64,000 nucleotides of DNA from contig CAVVLG010000002.1 of assembly GCA_963749085.1 (NCBI GenBank), positions 83,178 through 147,177 of the forward strand, in the 5' to 3' direction. A model generated the notes under the pieces. The model was not told the DNA's origin, did not search any database, and was given only the letters and a program-made list of their open reading frames with translations. The position numbers were made by a program, and so were the translations under genes. Below, piece by piece: positions 63,991-64,000 of this stretch. Source of the stretch: Candidatus Adlerbacteria bacterium (lineage in GTDB: Bacteria; Patescibacteriota; Minisyncoccia; Phycocordibacterales; SBAW01). Each line of letters opens with the position of its first letter. Positions within the stretch are counted from its first letter, which is position 1.

Positions 63991-64000
63991 CGCAAAGAGA

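Overview
This 64 kb window is about 55-58% GC and is dominated by house-keeping genes.

Core genes:
- The alpha ribosomal operon (infA, rpmJ, rpsM, rpsK, rpsD, rpoA, rplQ), directly followed by rplM-rpsI.
- The chaperone genes grpE, dnaK and dnaJ.
- tRNA ligases: leuS, alaS (short form), trpS, archaeal-type aspS and gltX.
- Cell-wall genes: a dacA-like gene, mraY, ftsW and murG.
- Other house-keeping genes: scpA and scpB, mnmA, mltG, ung, lysC, purD, pepA and ychF.
- A hybrid histidine kinase with an OmpR-type regulator.

Mobile and accessory content:
- A truncated, frameshifted IS3-family element at the left edge.
- A roughly 3.2 kb low-GC (about 46%) island at 43190-46400, carrying a solitary MazF/EndoA-like toxin, two unknown genes, a beta-lactamase-family hydrolase and a methyltransferase remnant.
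- A lower-GC right edge (61550-64000) with small secreted or membrane proteins.

Most interesting:
- A three-gene module is inserted into the cell-division/cell-wall gene cluster between ftsW and murG. It encodes a VirB4/TraC-like ATPase (minus strand), a 687-aa coiled-coil membrane protein with three 21-aa tandem repeats and a LysM-like C-terminus, and a small acidic protein. This is my best candidate for an undescribed system.

Other points worth a second look:
- A polytopic membrane protein carrying a C-terminal pseudopilin-like domain.
- A sigma70-region-4 plus HARE-HTH regulator next to a 439-aa membrane protein of unknown function.
- An ATP-cone/Mrr-like endonuclease in an operon with a Cas4-like 4-Cys nuclease and an MGMT-like protein.
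- A ychF with a 54-codon N-terminal extension behind a strong Shine-Dalgarno sequence.
- A recurrent promoter architecture: a -10-like hexamer 6-9 nt upstream of the ATG with no Shine-Dalgarno sequence, which suggests many leaderless mRNAs.

I found no rRNA or tRNA gene and no CRISPR array. All calls come from reading the sequence and from motif memory. Nothing was searched against a database.
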